Assembly (NCBI GenBank): GCA_023413605.1
Contig: JAEZPL010000722.1
Location: 1-60,937, forward strand
Origin: Pseudomonadota bacterium
GTDB taxonomy: Bacteria; Pseudomonadota; Alphaproteobacteria; Azospirillales; Azospirillaceae
Length of the DNA stretch: 60,937 nt
Reading direction: 5' to 3'
The position numbers and the translations under genes are program-made. The notes beneath the pieces are model-generated. The model was not told where the DNA came from and searched no databases. It saw nothing but the letters and a program-made list of their open reading frames with translations. Positions 40,422 through 50,433 of the stretch are shown one piece after another. Every line of letters begins with the position of its first letter. The stretch's first letter is position 1.

Positions 40422-40832
40422 CGCTCGCCCCTGTTTCAGAATCACACGCCCGCACCAATTCGGGACCGCAGGTCCTCGGCTCGAAGCCGGCCCCTGGCGA
40501 CGCCGTTTCCAGAAGCTTGCCGCAAACGCTCCGCACTCCGGCGCCCCGCTCCATGGATGTGTGCATGAGTGCGCGGAACCGATGAGCGCGTCAATCTCTT
40601 GCGTATCGTGAATTCCGGTTCCGATGGAAAGACCTCGGCGCTGCGCCGGCCCGCCGGCCTCACTTTGTTGCTGTCTGGCCGGCCGCACCTCGTGTTAATG
40701 GAATTTTCAATCATGAAACCCAATCTGCGCGCATTCGTCTTATTGCCGATCCGGCTGCAGTGATGTCTGGATCATGGGGATACGCCTTACTTGAAGCAAA
40801 GGCGCTTCAAAGGAAACAGCCGAGATCGATAA

Positions 40833-43379
40833 ATGCTTGATCTGTTTGAACGTTTCCAAAGCTCCCTCATTCCCTATGGAGCTTTGCTGACGATCCCGGT
40901 TTTGCTGTTTTTCATAGCGAAGGCGCGTCTCCTCAGGATCATGATCCACGCCTCTGGGACGGGCATCGGTGCGGGCACCCTGGGCGACATTGGGAGCATT
41001 GTTTTTCTGCACGCGGCGCTGTCGGCCGTCTCGCCGCATGCGGCCGGCTATGCCGTGATTCTGTTAATCGCGACCCTCGGCGCCGGCAACGAGATCACGT
41101 TCCGCCGCTTCGCGCGGCCGGTCCTGGCCACTGATGCGCTTTTGGTTAAGGCAGGCTTGACGTTCTCGGGCTGGGGTGATTTCCGGCTGATCCTGCGGTG
41201 GGCTGTATTGGCGGCCGTCCTGATCGTCTGCCACAACACGCTGAGCGCATTCCTGAAGATCGTGCCGAATCCGACGTTCTATGCTGCTGTCGCGGGCGGA
41301 GCACTCTTTCTTCTGCTCGCCCTCGGGATCGGGAGGCGGCGGACGGTCATGGCCAGCGGACAGGAAACCGACAATGCCCTGCGGGATTTTCTGGCCGACG
41401 GCATGCTCGCCTTCTTCGCGCAGAGCGTCGTGCAGGCCATCCGTTCCAGCCTGTCCAAGAGGGCAACGCTGAACCCGGCTCCGGTCGTGTCCCCACCCCC
41501 CGCCGGGGTTTCGGCCACCGCCTCTGTCTCTGTCTCTGTCTCTGCCACCGCCCCTGCCGATATGCCGGACATCGTGGTCATTGTTCTCGAGTCCTTTTTC
41601 GACATCGAGCGCTCTCCCCTGTTCGACCGCCGCTCCCTGATGCCGGCCCTGCGCCAACTGACCGCCGGCGTCCGCGAGTGGAGCGCCGTGCCGCCCGTCA
41701 TCGGGGGCAAGACCGCCAACACCGAATTCGAGATCCTGAGCGGGATTCCCCTCGCCTGCGTGTCGGGTGTCGACATTCCATTCCGCGACCTGAAGCTGGA
41801 CTCGGAAGAAGCCCTGCCCCGCTCTCTCAAGCAGTTGGGGTATGGAACGACCGCCGTGCACCCCGGCACCCGCCAGTTCTGGAACCGTCACGTCGCCTAT
41901 CCGGCCCTGGGATTCGATCGGTATCTCGCGCTCGATGACTTCCAGGGGGCGCGGCGGGTCGGCGCCTATGTCGACACGGAAGAAGTCGTGGCCAAGGTCG
42001 AGGGGGTGCTGTCCGCTGGCAAGGGGCCGCAATTCGTGTACGCGGTCTCGATTCTCGGGCATGGCCCCTACGACACGGATGTGGCGCCACGGTTCCCGGT
42101 CGACCTGCCGAACGGTTTGAACGACGAGGTGCGCCGCTACTGCCACCTGCTCACCCACGCGGACGCCGCACTCGACCGCCTTGCGACCTTCGTGAAGAAC
42201 CGCAGGCGTCCCACCCTGGCGCTCGTCCTCGGGGATCATGCGCCAAGTTTCAACGGCTCGATCAGCTTGAGCGAGTTGGGATTCGATTGTCAGCGCGGCA
42301 ATCTCGCGTCGGTTTCCCAGTCGTCGGCCTACATTGTGCCCCTGATACAGATCAGCAATGTTCCGCTGCCGGCACCGGAACACGTCTGCCTGCCCACCTA
42401 CCTGATCGGTGGCTATCTTTTCGCCCAGTTGGGCCTGACTGCCCAGAGCAGAACCGGCGTCCTGGCCGACCAGTTCCGGGGATGCCAGCACATCGATCCC
42501 TTTTCCGACCCCAAACTCGCTTCCCTGGCGTCGCCCAAGGAGTATCAGCGCCTGTTCTCGGATGCCTTGGCCCGACAGATCCAGACGCAGGAACTCATAT
42601 CCGCGTTCGACGCCGCAACGGCATCGCCAGGCGACACGGATCGATTGGGTGCCCTCGTCGAACAGTTCGACGCCTATTTCGCCAAGTTCGGCGAAGATGC
42701 CTTGATGCTTTATCGGAAAGGCGTCCTGGAGTGCCTGGCAGGCCGCTTTATCGATGCGGAGCGGAACCTCAACCGCGCCATCCAGATCGGCGGGGTCGAC
42801 CAGTTCTGGTCGCGCTACTGGCGCGGCCGGGCCTACATCGCACGCGCCGCCTTCTATCACGCCCGACGCGACTTCGAGGAATGCGCCCAAGTCCTCGAAA
42901 TGTCGATCATTGAGATGGCCAGAATCCAGGACAACCGTCTGCTCAAGACCGTCAGACAGCGGGCGGAACTGGAAAACTACTTGGGCATCGTCCGCCGGGA
43001 AACCGCGAAGCTGTACCAAGCCATCGCCCGAAAGGCCGCCGAGGAGGGCGAGGAAACGGCGTGCAGCTTCGCGTTGTCCAGGATGGAAGCGGAGTTGCCC
43101 GGCCCCGCGGCCTTCATCCGCGGCATCCGCCACACCCGGCGGAAGGAATGGGCGCAGGCGCGCTCCTGCTTCACGACGGCGATCGAGTACGCCCCTGGGG
43201 ACTTCTGGAGTTATTTCCAGCGAGCGAACTGCAACGTCCGGCTCGGCAATATCCCCTACACCCTGCACGACCTGGACTGCGCCGACCGGATCAATCCTGG
43301 CGCTCGGGGCGTGCTTGAGATGAGGAAGGCCCTGCGGCCCGCGGAAAGCGTCCTGCCGGCGGAAGACGCCCTTTCGTAA
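40833..43379 (+). CDS. LTA-synthase-family (alkaline phosphatase/sulfatase superfamily) membrane protein with C-terminal TPRs
   Basis: N-terminal TM helices; 'VIVLESF', 'GGKTANTEFE' (catalytic Thr position), 'GHGPY', 'GDHAP'; TPR-like C-terminus. Confidence 0.85.
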   Translation: MLDLFERFQSSLIPYGALLTIPVLLFFIAKARLLRIMIHASGTGIGAGTLGDIGSIVFLHAALSAVSPHAAGYAVILLIATLGAGNEITFRRFARPVLATDALLVKAGLTFSGWGDFRLILRWAVLAAVLIVCHNTLSAFLKIVPNPTFYAAVAGGALFLLLALGIGRRRTVMASGQETDNALRDFLADGMLAFFAQSVVQAIRSSLSKRATLNPAPVVSPPPAGVSATASVSVSVSATAPADMPDIVVIVLESFFDIERSPLFDRRSLMPALRQLTAGVREWSAVPPVIGGKTANTEFEILSGIPLACVSGVDIPFRDLKLDSEEALPRSLKQLGYGTTAVHPGTRQFWNRHVAYPALGFDRYLALDDFQGARRVGAYVDTEEVVAKVEGVLSAGKGPQFVYAVSILGHGPYDTDVAPRFPVDLPNGLNDEVRRYCHLLTHADAALDRLATFVKNRRRPTLALVLGDHAPSFNGSISLSELGFDCQRGNLASVSQSSAYIVPLIQISNVPLPAPEHVCLPTYLIGGYLFAQLGLTAQSRTGVLADQFRGCQHIDPFSDPKLASLASPKEYQRLFSDALARQIQTQELISAFDAATASPGDTDRLGALVEQFDAYFAKFGEDALMLYRKGVLECLAGRFIDAERNLNRAIQIGGVDQFWSRYWRGRAYIARAAFYHARRDFEECAQVLEMSIIEMARIQDNRLLKTVRQRAELENYLGIVRRETAKLYQAIARKAAEEGEETACSFALSRMEAELPGPAAFIRGIRHTRRKEWAQARSCFTTAIEYAPGDFWSYFQRANCNVRLGNIPYTLHDLDCADRINPGARGVLEMRKALRPAESVLPAEDALS

Positions 43380-43398
43380 AACCGAAGGAGCGCCGCCG

Positions 43399-44349
43399 TC
43401 AGACGGCTTTCCCGGACACAGGTCCCGCCAGCACCGGCAAAACCCACGGCGCCGCGGTGATCTCGACCGGAAGCCGCGCGATGATGTCGCCGTCACCCTG
43501 CACGGCGGCGCCGACGGGCGCCTCGATGACGATCCGCCGAGCTGGCACGACGCGGTAATCGGGCAAGCGCGGCAGGCGGTCCGCGACGACGCCACAGATG
43601 TAGCGGATTGCGTTCCACCGCCCGGTTTCCGGAAACAGGCAGACATGCAGCCTCGGGTCGGCCAGCCGGGCTTCCGGCGCGCACACGAAGCGCCCGGCGT
43701 AGAAGCGCCCTTTGGCGACGATCACGGACGCGACCTCCTCGGTCACGCCGTCCACCGTCACCCGGTAGCGCGTGCCGCGGTAGTCGACGATCTGGGCCAG
43801 CGTCTCCACCGCATAGGCACCCTTGCCGATCAGGCGCTTCAGGCGCGGGGCCACCCGCTCCACCACACAGGCGTCGAACCCCACCCCGGCCATCATCGCG
43901 AAACAGCGGCCGTTCGCCACGCCCAGATGCACGGGCTGCGCCTGCCCGACGGCCAACACGGCCGCCACCCCCTCCGGATCGGACGGCAGGCCCAACTCGT
44001 GCGCCAGCACGTTGGCCGTGCCGAGCGGCACGATGCCCAACGGCGCCGGCGAGACGCCGGATGCTCCGAGGCCGTTGACCACTTCGTTGACGGTTCCGTC
44101 ACCGCCGACCGCCACCACGGCGTCGAAAGCGTCCGGCGCCACCGTCCGGGCCATGGCCTCGGCGTCGCCACGGCCGGTGGTGGTCTGGATTGCCGTCTCG
44201 ACCCCGAAACGCTGTTCCAGCACCTCCAGCACCGCGCGCAGGCGCCGGGCACCACGTCGCCCGGCCGCCGGGTTTTGGATCATGAGGAGGCGGCGCGGCG
44301 ACCCTGCGGAACCGTTCCCCATCGGGCGGGCGGTGCTCAACGATTGCAC
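43399..44349 (-). CDS. Diacylglycerol kinase family (DgkB/YegS-like) lipid kinase
   Basis: 'NPAAG', 'GGDGTVNEVVNG', 'PLGTANVLA', 'GVGFDA', 'QGDGD'. Start uncertain (44349 or 44322). Confidence 0.92.
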   Translation of the reverse strand: MQSLSTARPMGNGSAGSPRRLLMIQNPAAGRRGARRLRAVLEVLEQRFGVETAIQTTTGRGDAEAMARTVAPDAFDAVVAVGGDGTVNEVVNGLGASGVSPAPLGIVPLGTANVLAHELGLPSDPEGVAAVLAVGQAQPVHLGVANGRCFAMMAGVGFDACVVERVAPRLKRLIGKGAYAVETLAQIVDYRGTRYRVTVDGVTEEVASVIVAKGRFYAGRFVCAPEARLADPRLHVCLFPETGRWNAIRYICGVVADRLPRLPDYRVVPARRIVIEAPVGAAVQGDGDIIARLPVEITAAPWVLPVLAGPVSGKAV

Positions 44350-45449
44350 AGGAATTTGCGCACGGCCCCGACGATGCGGCCCGTGGCCTTGCCGTCGCCA
44401 TAGGGCGAGGCGCCCCGCGCCATGGACCGGTAGTGCGCCTCGTCGTTCAGAAGACGGCGCGTCTCGTCGATGATGGTCGCGGTGTCGGTGCCGATCAGTC
44501 GGGCGACGCCGGTATCAACCGCTTCGGGCCGCTCGGTCGTGCTTCGCAGCACAAGGACCGGCTTGGCAAGAGCGGGCGCTTCCTCCTGCACACCGCCGGA
44601 ATCGGTCAGCACCAGAAAGGCCCGATTCATGGACGCCGCGAAGCCCAGATAGTCGAGCGGATCGACCAGGCGAATACGCGGGTGGGTGGCGAACCGCGCG
44701 CGCACCACGCCCGAGACGTTGGGGTTGGGGTGGACCGGCCACAGCACCTCCACGGTCGGGTCGCCTTCCACGATCGCCTCGATCGCGTCGCAGATCCCGG
44801 CCAGGGGCTCCCCGAAATTCTCGCGCCGGTGGACGGTGACGAGAATCAACCGACGCTCCGGGTCGAGCGCCATCGGCGGCTCCGGATTGCGGGCAGTGAC
44901 ATGCAGCAAGGCATCGATCACCGTGTTGCCGGTGACCAGAACGGTCGCCGGGTCCACCTTCTCGTTCAACAGGTTGCGTCGCGCGCTTTCGGTCGGTGCG
45001 AAGTGCAGCCGGGTGACGCGGCCGGCGACGATGCGGTTGAACTCTTCCGGGAACGGGTTGTCGAGGTCGAAGGTGCGCAGCCCCGCCTCGACATGGCCGA
45101 AGGGAATCCGGCGGTAGAAGGCGGCCATGGCGGCGGCCAGGACGGTGGTGGTGTCGCCCTGCGCCAGCACCAGATCCGGAGCGTCCTCCACGAACCGCGC
45201 ATCCAGGCTTTCGAGCGCCCGCGCGGTCAGAGCCGCAAGCGCCTGGTTGGGGCGCATGAGGTCCAGGTCGCAGTCCGGCACGATGCCGAAGATCGCCAGA
45301 GTCTGGTCGAGCATCTGGCGATGCTGGGCCGTGGCAATGACCTTGACGTCCGCCCACACCTCACGCTGAAGGCCCAGGATCACCGGGGCCATCTTGATGG
45401 CCTCCGGACGGGTCCCGACGATGCACAGGATGCGCTTGGTGGTGGTCAC
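44337..45449 (-). CDS. wecB: UDP-N-acetylglucosamine 2-epimerase (non-hydrolysing), canonical type
   Basis: 'GTRPEAIKMAP', 'QGDTTT', 'HVEAGLRT', 'HRRENFG', 'TDSGGVQEEAP', 'PYGDG'. GTG 45449 follows GGAGA. Confidence 0.95.
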   Translation of the reverse strand: MTTTKRILCIVGTRPEAIKMAPVILGLQREVWADVKVIATAQHRQMLDQTLAIFGIVPDCDLDLMRPNQALAALTARALESLDARFVEDAPDLVLAQGDTTTVLAAAMAAFYRRIPFGHVEAGLRTFDLDNPFPEEFNRIVAGRVTRLHFAPTESARRNLLNEKVDPATVLVTGNTVIDALLHVTARNPEPPMALDPERRLILVTVHRRENFGEPLAGICDAIEAIVEGDPTVEVLWPVHPNPNVSGVVRARFATHPRIRLVDPLDYLGFAASMNRAFLVLTDSGGVQEEAPALAKPVLVLRSTTERPEAVDTGVARLIGTDTATIIDETRRLLNDEAHYRSMARGASPYGDGKATGRIVGAVRKFLCNR

Positions 45450-45964
45450 GGCGTTGCTTTCTCCATCCGCAGAATGTTCACGGGCTTTCCAAGGTAAAAG
45501 CTTGTAGAAGCCGACGCGCTGCGTGCAGGACATGCGACGGCGATGGACATCGCAAGTTCCCCGATCCGACCACGGCGACCGCTGTACTCCCGGATCGGTA
45601 TCCGCATAAGGGATTTATAGATGGTAAAAGACGCTTTCCAAAGCGGCCCCTTCCCCATCCCGGTTGCGGCACTGCCGTCCCGACACGGCCTGCGCTCAGC
45701 CGCGCAGAGGCTTGCATGGGAAAGAAAGCCCGAACGGTGCCTTTCTCATAGAAATATTACAGAAAATAAATCGCACACAGGATTCCCGGCGACACCACTT
45801 AACCTTAAAGTAGAAATTCTTACAAGCATGCCATCTCGTCGCGCGGCGATTCCTGACTCACATTCGCCACAAAAACGCACTGGTTTTCGTTTGAACTTTA
45901 GATAAAGGCATATATACCATTCCGCTGACTCTCCCCGCTTGTGATACGCCCAAAAAGGTCCGCC

Positions 45965-48900
45965 ATGCCGAGATTCTTCGTTCTGTGCGATCCGAACATC
46001 GTTAAGACAGGCGGTCACTACCTCGAATACGCCAAAATGGTTATCGAGGCGGCACAGGCGCAGGGGTATCAGCCGGTGCTGGCGGTCAACGAGAACTGCC
46101 GGATCGATCCGCCTGAGGGCTGGATGATTTTGCCGGTGTTCGAATACGGCTTTTGGGGGCGGCACCTCGGCGGCGGCGCAGCCGCCGACCAGAGAATGAC
46201 CACCGCTGACCAGCGCTTCCTGCGACTGAAATATTCCCGCAACGGCCTGCTCTGGAACGCGGCCGGGGACCTCGGCGAGGTGCAGCATTTCAACCGCGAA
46301 TACCCGCCGAGCAAGGGCACGATCGAGCGGCTGCGCAGCCTGCATGAACTCAAGGCCCTGACAGACCTTTTCCTTCAATCCGAGAACGAGCGCACCGGCG
46401 GCGGCGACCGGGCACCGGAAGACTGGACCCCGGAGGATCGGGAGAGATTTTACGCCGCCCTGCGCGATGCCATCCGCTCTGCCCTTGCCACATTGAAGGG
46501 CAAGAAGGCTGACGAGCGCGCCCTGCTCGCCGCAACAACTCGCTCCGCCCTGACGTCGGCCGACACGAAGCGCGACAGCGGCGCCTTGCAGGACCTGACC
46601 AGCATGTCGGGCCGGGCGGCTTCCTTCGCGCGCGCCATGAACCGGGTGTTGGAGACGGTGCGGCCGGGGCCCGACAGCCTGATCCTCTATCCGACGATCA
46701 ACTATTTCGAACTGCGCGGGCTGAAGGAGGTGCTGGACGGCAACCCGCTGGCCCATGCCCCCAGCCACCATGTCATCCTTCGGCGCAACGCTTACAACGG
46801 CTACAGCGGCAGCTTCGACGAGCAGGAATGGCAGGTCCATCCGGTTCGGACCGCCCTGGCCCTTCTGAACGACGTTGGCGAGGATACCCGCCTCCGCTTC
46901 TACACCGACACCGAGCCGCTGACGCATCAATACAATCTGTTCAACACGGCCCGTTTCGTGACAGGACCGGTCCCGGTGGACATGGTCGAACGCGTCCGCC
47001 CCGCGCCGCCGCGGTACGATGATCAGGCCCGCCCGGCCTTGCTGCTGGTCGACGCCACCGGCCTTCAGGAAACGCGCACCTTCCTGGAACAGCTCGAGTT
47101 CGCGACCAGGGATGGCGCCGAGCGCTTCGCGGTCAAGGTGGTGGTGCGCGACGGGACGCCGCTGGGGACCTATCTGGCGGCCGGGCTGGCCGGCCCGCGT
47201 GGATTCGGGGACGTGGAGTTTATCCTGCCCGAGGACGTGGACGGCATCGCGAGCGCACGCTACGACGCCGTTGCCTTCGGCTCCTGGCACGAGAGCTACG
47301 GCCGCCTCGCCATGGAGGCGCTGGAGCAAGGGCGGTCGCTGGCTGTGCCGCCGTCGAGCTGGATTGCCCAGGCAATGTGCCGGGAGGCATCCGCCTTCCA
47401 TGACGACGCCCTGAAGGGCGCCGGCCTCGTGGCGAACCTGGACAGGACATCCCTGCCCTGGATGCACTACGACTACGCCACCGGCGCGCAGCACCCGGTC
47501 ACCGGGCGCGAGTGGGTCGCCGTCAAGCCGGGTGCGGCCACGACGGTCGAACTCGATGTGCCGCCGGGCGCGGACACGGTGCGCCTGCTGTTCCGCCAGT
47601 TCGGCCCGGACGCTTGGCGGATGCCCATCAACCTGATCGCCTTCTTCCGTCGGCAAGACGACCTCTCCTCCGGCGTCGGTCGCCACGACCTTGCCCTGAC
47701 GGGGATCGGCAACGGCGTGGCCTCGGTGGTCCTGCCGGTGCCGCCGAACTGCGCCCGGCTCGCCCTGGCGCTGTGCAACTTCCATTTCGACGCGCCGATC
47801 CAGATCCAGGTGATGGGGGGCCTCTGGGCCACCCGCAACCGCCATGTGCCGGCCCTGCCGGGCGGACTGATGATGCCGGACCTGCGCGGCGATTTCGTCA
47901 ATTCCTGGCTGACGCCCCTGCGCACCCTGCTGGCCGCCCGCCGCAGCTATGGCGAAAGCGGTGCGGGCTGGATGGATCCGGTGGCGCTGCGCCGGCGCGT
48001 GCCGCCCGGGCTGCGGCCGATGGTGGTGTCGTATCTCGGCGACGCGCGGGAGGAGAAGGGCTTCCACCGGCTGCCCGCCCTGGTCCGCCGCCTGGCGGCC
48101 GACCCGGTTTGCCGAGACGTCATCGTGAAGTCGCAGGTCTACTACACCGCCGACTATCCGGAGGCGTCCTGCCTGTCCGCGGCGGCCATCCTGCGCACCG
48201 CGCCGCGGGACCGGGTGTCCCTGATCGAGCGCCCGCTCGACTCCCGCGAATACGCCCGCGAGATCATGAAGTCCGACGCGGTTCTGGTTTCTTACCGTCA
48301 ACACGACTACATCGCGCGCTCATCGGGCATTTTCACCGAGGCCTTGGCCGGCGGCATCCCGGTGGTGATCCCAAGCGGGACCTGGATGTCGGCCGAAACC
48401 GACTCCTTCGCCTATGAGCAGCATTGCACCCTGATCGGCGCTGACCGCATCGTCCGGATCGAGCGACCCGAACTGAACTCCTTCGTCGGCGGCAGCGTCT
48501 GGCCAATCCAGCGTTCCCTGCCGGCCGGCACCGTTCCGGTGACCCGCGGCAGCATCACCTTCGTGCATGTGCCGGTGCCGGACGAGGTTGAGTATCTGTG
48601 GATCACCTACTGCCCGGACCCCAATCGGCCGCGGGCCTTCACCCGCTTCGACATCTCCTTCCAGGACAGTTTCCATGGCGGTCAGGAAATCGCCAAGGTC
48701 AAGCGCGTCCTGGGCGGCGGCATCGCCACCATCCTGTCGCTGGTCGCGCGCGTTCCGAAGCGGGCGAACGGGGTGTGGATCGGCATGTACAACGCCAATG
48801 GCTTCGAACCGTACGACCTGCAGAACTTCGCCCTGAACTTCGTGCGCGGGAACGGGCCGCGCGTGCCGGAATTCGCGGGTGGCGTGACCTACTTCACCGG

Positions 48901-49108
48901 TGACGACGATGCCGAACTCGACCGCAACCTTGCCGAGGCGGTCCATCTGCTCCGGCGCGACTACGATCTCTACGCGGCGAGCGCCGCGGCGATCCAGCCG
49001 GAATGGGCCGCGCGCCACACCCCCTCACGTCTGGTCGCGATGATGGAAAAGCCGTTCACGGACGCCGAGCGAGCCCAGCGGGCCCGTTTCCACGGCGCCG
49101 ATTGGTGA
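45965..49108 (+). CDS. Large multidomain GT-B glycosyltransferase-like protein
   Basis: 'CDPN...GGHYLEY', 'YLGDAREEKGF', 'SSGIFTEALAGGIPVV'; a second degenerate 'ESYGRLAMEALEQG'. Confidence 0.75.
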   Translation: MPRFFVLCDPNIVKTGGHYLEYAKMVIEAAQAQGYQPVLAVNENCRIDPPEGWMILPVFEYGFWGRHLGGGAAADQRMTTADQRFLRLKYSRNGLLWNAAGDLGEVQHFNREYPPSKGTIERLRSLHELKALTDLFLQSENERTGGGDRAPEDWTPEDRERFYAALRDAIRSALATLKGKKADERALLAATTRSALTSADTKRDSGALQDLTSMSGRAASFARAMNRVLETVRPGPDSLILYPTINYFELRGLKEVLDGNPLAHAPSHHVILRRNAYNGYSGSFDEQEWQVHPVRTALALLNDVGEDTRLRFYTDTEPLTHQYNLFNTARFVTGPVPVDMVERVRPAPPRYDDQARPALLLVDATGLQETRTFLEQLEFATRDGAERFAVKVVVRDGTPLGTYLAAGLAGPRGFGDVEFILPEDVDGIASARYDAVAFGSWHESYGRLAMEALEQGRSLAVPPSSWIAQAMCREASAFHDDALKGAGLVANLDRTSLPWMHYDYATGAQHPVTGREWVAVKPGAATTVELDVPPGADTVRLLFRQFGPDAWRMPINLIAFFRRQDDLSSGVGRHDLALTGIGNGVASVVLPVPPNCARLALALCNFHFDAPIQIQVMGGLWATRNRHVPALPGGLMMPDLRGDFVNSWLTPLRTLLAARRSYGESGAGWMDPVALRRRVPPGLRPMVVSYLGDAREEKGFHRLPALVRRLAADPVCRDVIVKSQVYYTADYPEASCLSAAAILRTAPRDRVSLIERPLDSREYAREIMKSDAVLVSYRQHDYIARSSGIFTEALAGGIPVVIPSGTWMSAETDSFAYEQHCTLIGADRIVRIERPELNSFVGGSVWPIQRSLPAGTVPVTRGSITFVHVPVPDEVEYLWITYCPDPNRPRAFTRFDISFQDSFHGGQEIAKVKRVLGGGIATILSLVARVPKRANGVWIGMYNANGFEPYDLQNFALNFVRGNGPRVPEFAGGVTYFTGDDDAELDRNLAEAVHLLRRDYDLYAASAAAIQPEWAARHTPSRLVAMMEKPFTDAERAQRARFHGADW

Positions 49109-49143
49109 CCGCTCCTGCTCCGCCGCCCGCTAGGACCATGATC

Positions 49144-50280
49144 ATGAACGCTCCACGCCGCGCGCCCCGCATCGCCGCCCTGTTCGACACCTCGTTCGGT
49201 TACGGCTCGCCCCAGCTCGAACTGTTCATACAGTCCCTCGGGACCTTCTACGGCACGAACGACTGCTGGCTGATCGAGCCCGACGTGAAGGGCAAGCGCA
49301 ACCTGCACGAACGCAACGGCATGACGATCCGGCGCCTCGCCACCCGCATGGCGCCGCACGGCGAGCTGTTCCACATCGACTACAACATCCAGGCCCACCG
49401 CTGGCTGCGCGACTGCGATCCGGACATCGTGGTGGTGACCAGCGGCGCCGTGCTGCCGGCCTTGCTGCGGCTGCCGCGCAAGCCGCCGCTCGTCATCTAT
49501 TACATGCTGGAGAACATGGAGTACCAGCGGGCGTCCAGCGGCGGCGCGCTGGTGCAGCTCAACCGCATGGCGCGCCCCTGGATCGACCTGATCTGCGTGC
49601 CGGAGCGCGAGCGGGCGCAATTCGACCTGTCCTGGCTCGGCTGGAACGACATTCCGACGGTGGAAATCCTGAACGTGTCGACCGACGGGTTCCGGCGGAA
49701 TCGCGCGCCCGCGGACTTCCGCATCCTGCACGCCGGTTCGATCTGCGAGAACACGCTGTCGCATTACCTGGACAGTCCGGCGCTCAACGGCGTGCCGGTC
49801 GACGTCTACGGCATCCTGGCATCCCAGGCGATGCGCAACCTGTTCAACGGGATGATGGCGCAAGGCCGTTCGGTGGCCTACCGCGGCGTCCTGTCGATGG
49901 CCGATCTGGAGGCCGTCTACAACGACTATGCCTATTCCCTGACCATGTGGAAGCCGAAGGACATCAACCAGATCCACGCGTCGCCCAACAAGCTGTTCCA
50001 GAGCATCGCGCATGGCGTCCCGCCGATTTCAGCCCCGCATCCGCAGTGCGTACGCATCCTGCGCCGCTACGGCTGCGGCCTGTTGATGGACGATTGGAGC
50101 CGGGAGAGCTTCGAGGCGGCGGTGCGCCGGGCGATCGACCTCTATGGCACGAGCGCCTACGACAGCATGGTGGAGAACTGCCGGATCGCCACGGAAGTGG
50201 AGCTGAACTGGACGGCCCAGTTCAACAAGGCAGCCGCCCACCTTCCCCGCTACCAGCCGGCGCTCGCCGCCGCGGATTAG
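49144..50280 (+). CDS. Glycosyltransferase (GT4-like)
   Basis: 'ILHAGSI', 'ASPNKLFQSIAHGVPPIS', 'LNW..QF'. Start may be 49105, 49138 or 49144. Confidence 0.78.
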   Translation: MNAPRRAPRIAALFDTSFGYGSPQLELFIQSLGTFYGTNDCWLIEPDVKGKRNLHERNGMTIRRLATRMAPHGELFHIDYNIQAHRWLRDCDPDIVVVTSGAVLPALLRLPRKPPLVIYYMLENMEYQRASSGGALVQLNRMARPWIDLICVPERERAQFDLSWLGWNDIPTVEILNVSTDGFRRNRAPADFRILHAGSICENTLSHYLDSPALNGVPVDVYGILASQAMRNLFNGMMAQGRSVAYRGVLSMADLEAVYNDYAYSLTMWKPKDINQIHASPNKLFQSIAHGVPPISAPHPQCVRILRRYGCGLLMDDWSRESFEAAVRRAIDLYGTSAYDSMVENCRIATEVELNWTAQFNKAAAHLPRYQPALAAAD

Positions 50281-50337
50281 GCGGCTGGGCGCCGGTTGGC
50301 GGCGCCCATGCCGCCCGGATCAGCCGTCGGCGGTTCG
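50242..50337. repeat. Left copy of a ~95-bp imperfect direct repeat
   Basis: cgctaccagccggcgctcgccgccg...gcgccggttggcggcgcccatgccgcccggatcagccgtcggcgg aligns with 51235-51357. Confidence 0.85.
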
Positions 50338-50433
50338 CGCCCTTGGACTGCGGCGTGTTCGTTGGGACTGAATTGGTTGGCTCAGTGCTCTTTTGGACGC
50401 TCCTGCGCACGAATGAACGGAGAAAAATTTTGT

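Noticed and set aside
41523..41544. (TCTGTC)3 repeat in the LtaS-like gene as a contingency locus
   Set aside because: An in-frame hexamer in a low-complexity linker; it only changes the Ser-Val count.
4591..48304. Very long antisense ORFs (4591..7074+, 14146..16092+, 22044..23858+, 33505..36000+, 41064..43646-, 45746..48304-)
   Set aside because: These are shadows of real genes, expected in high-GC DNA, and show no family motifs.
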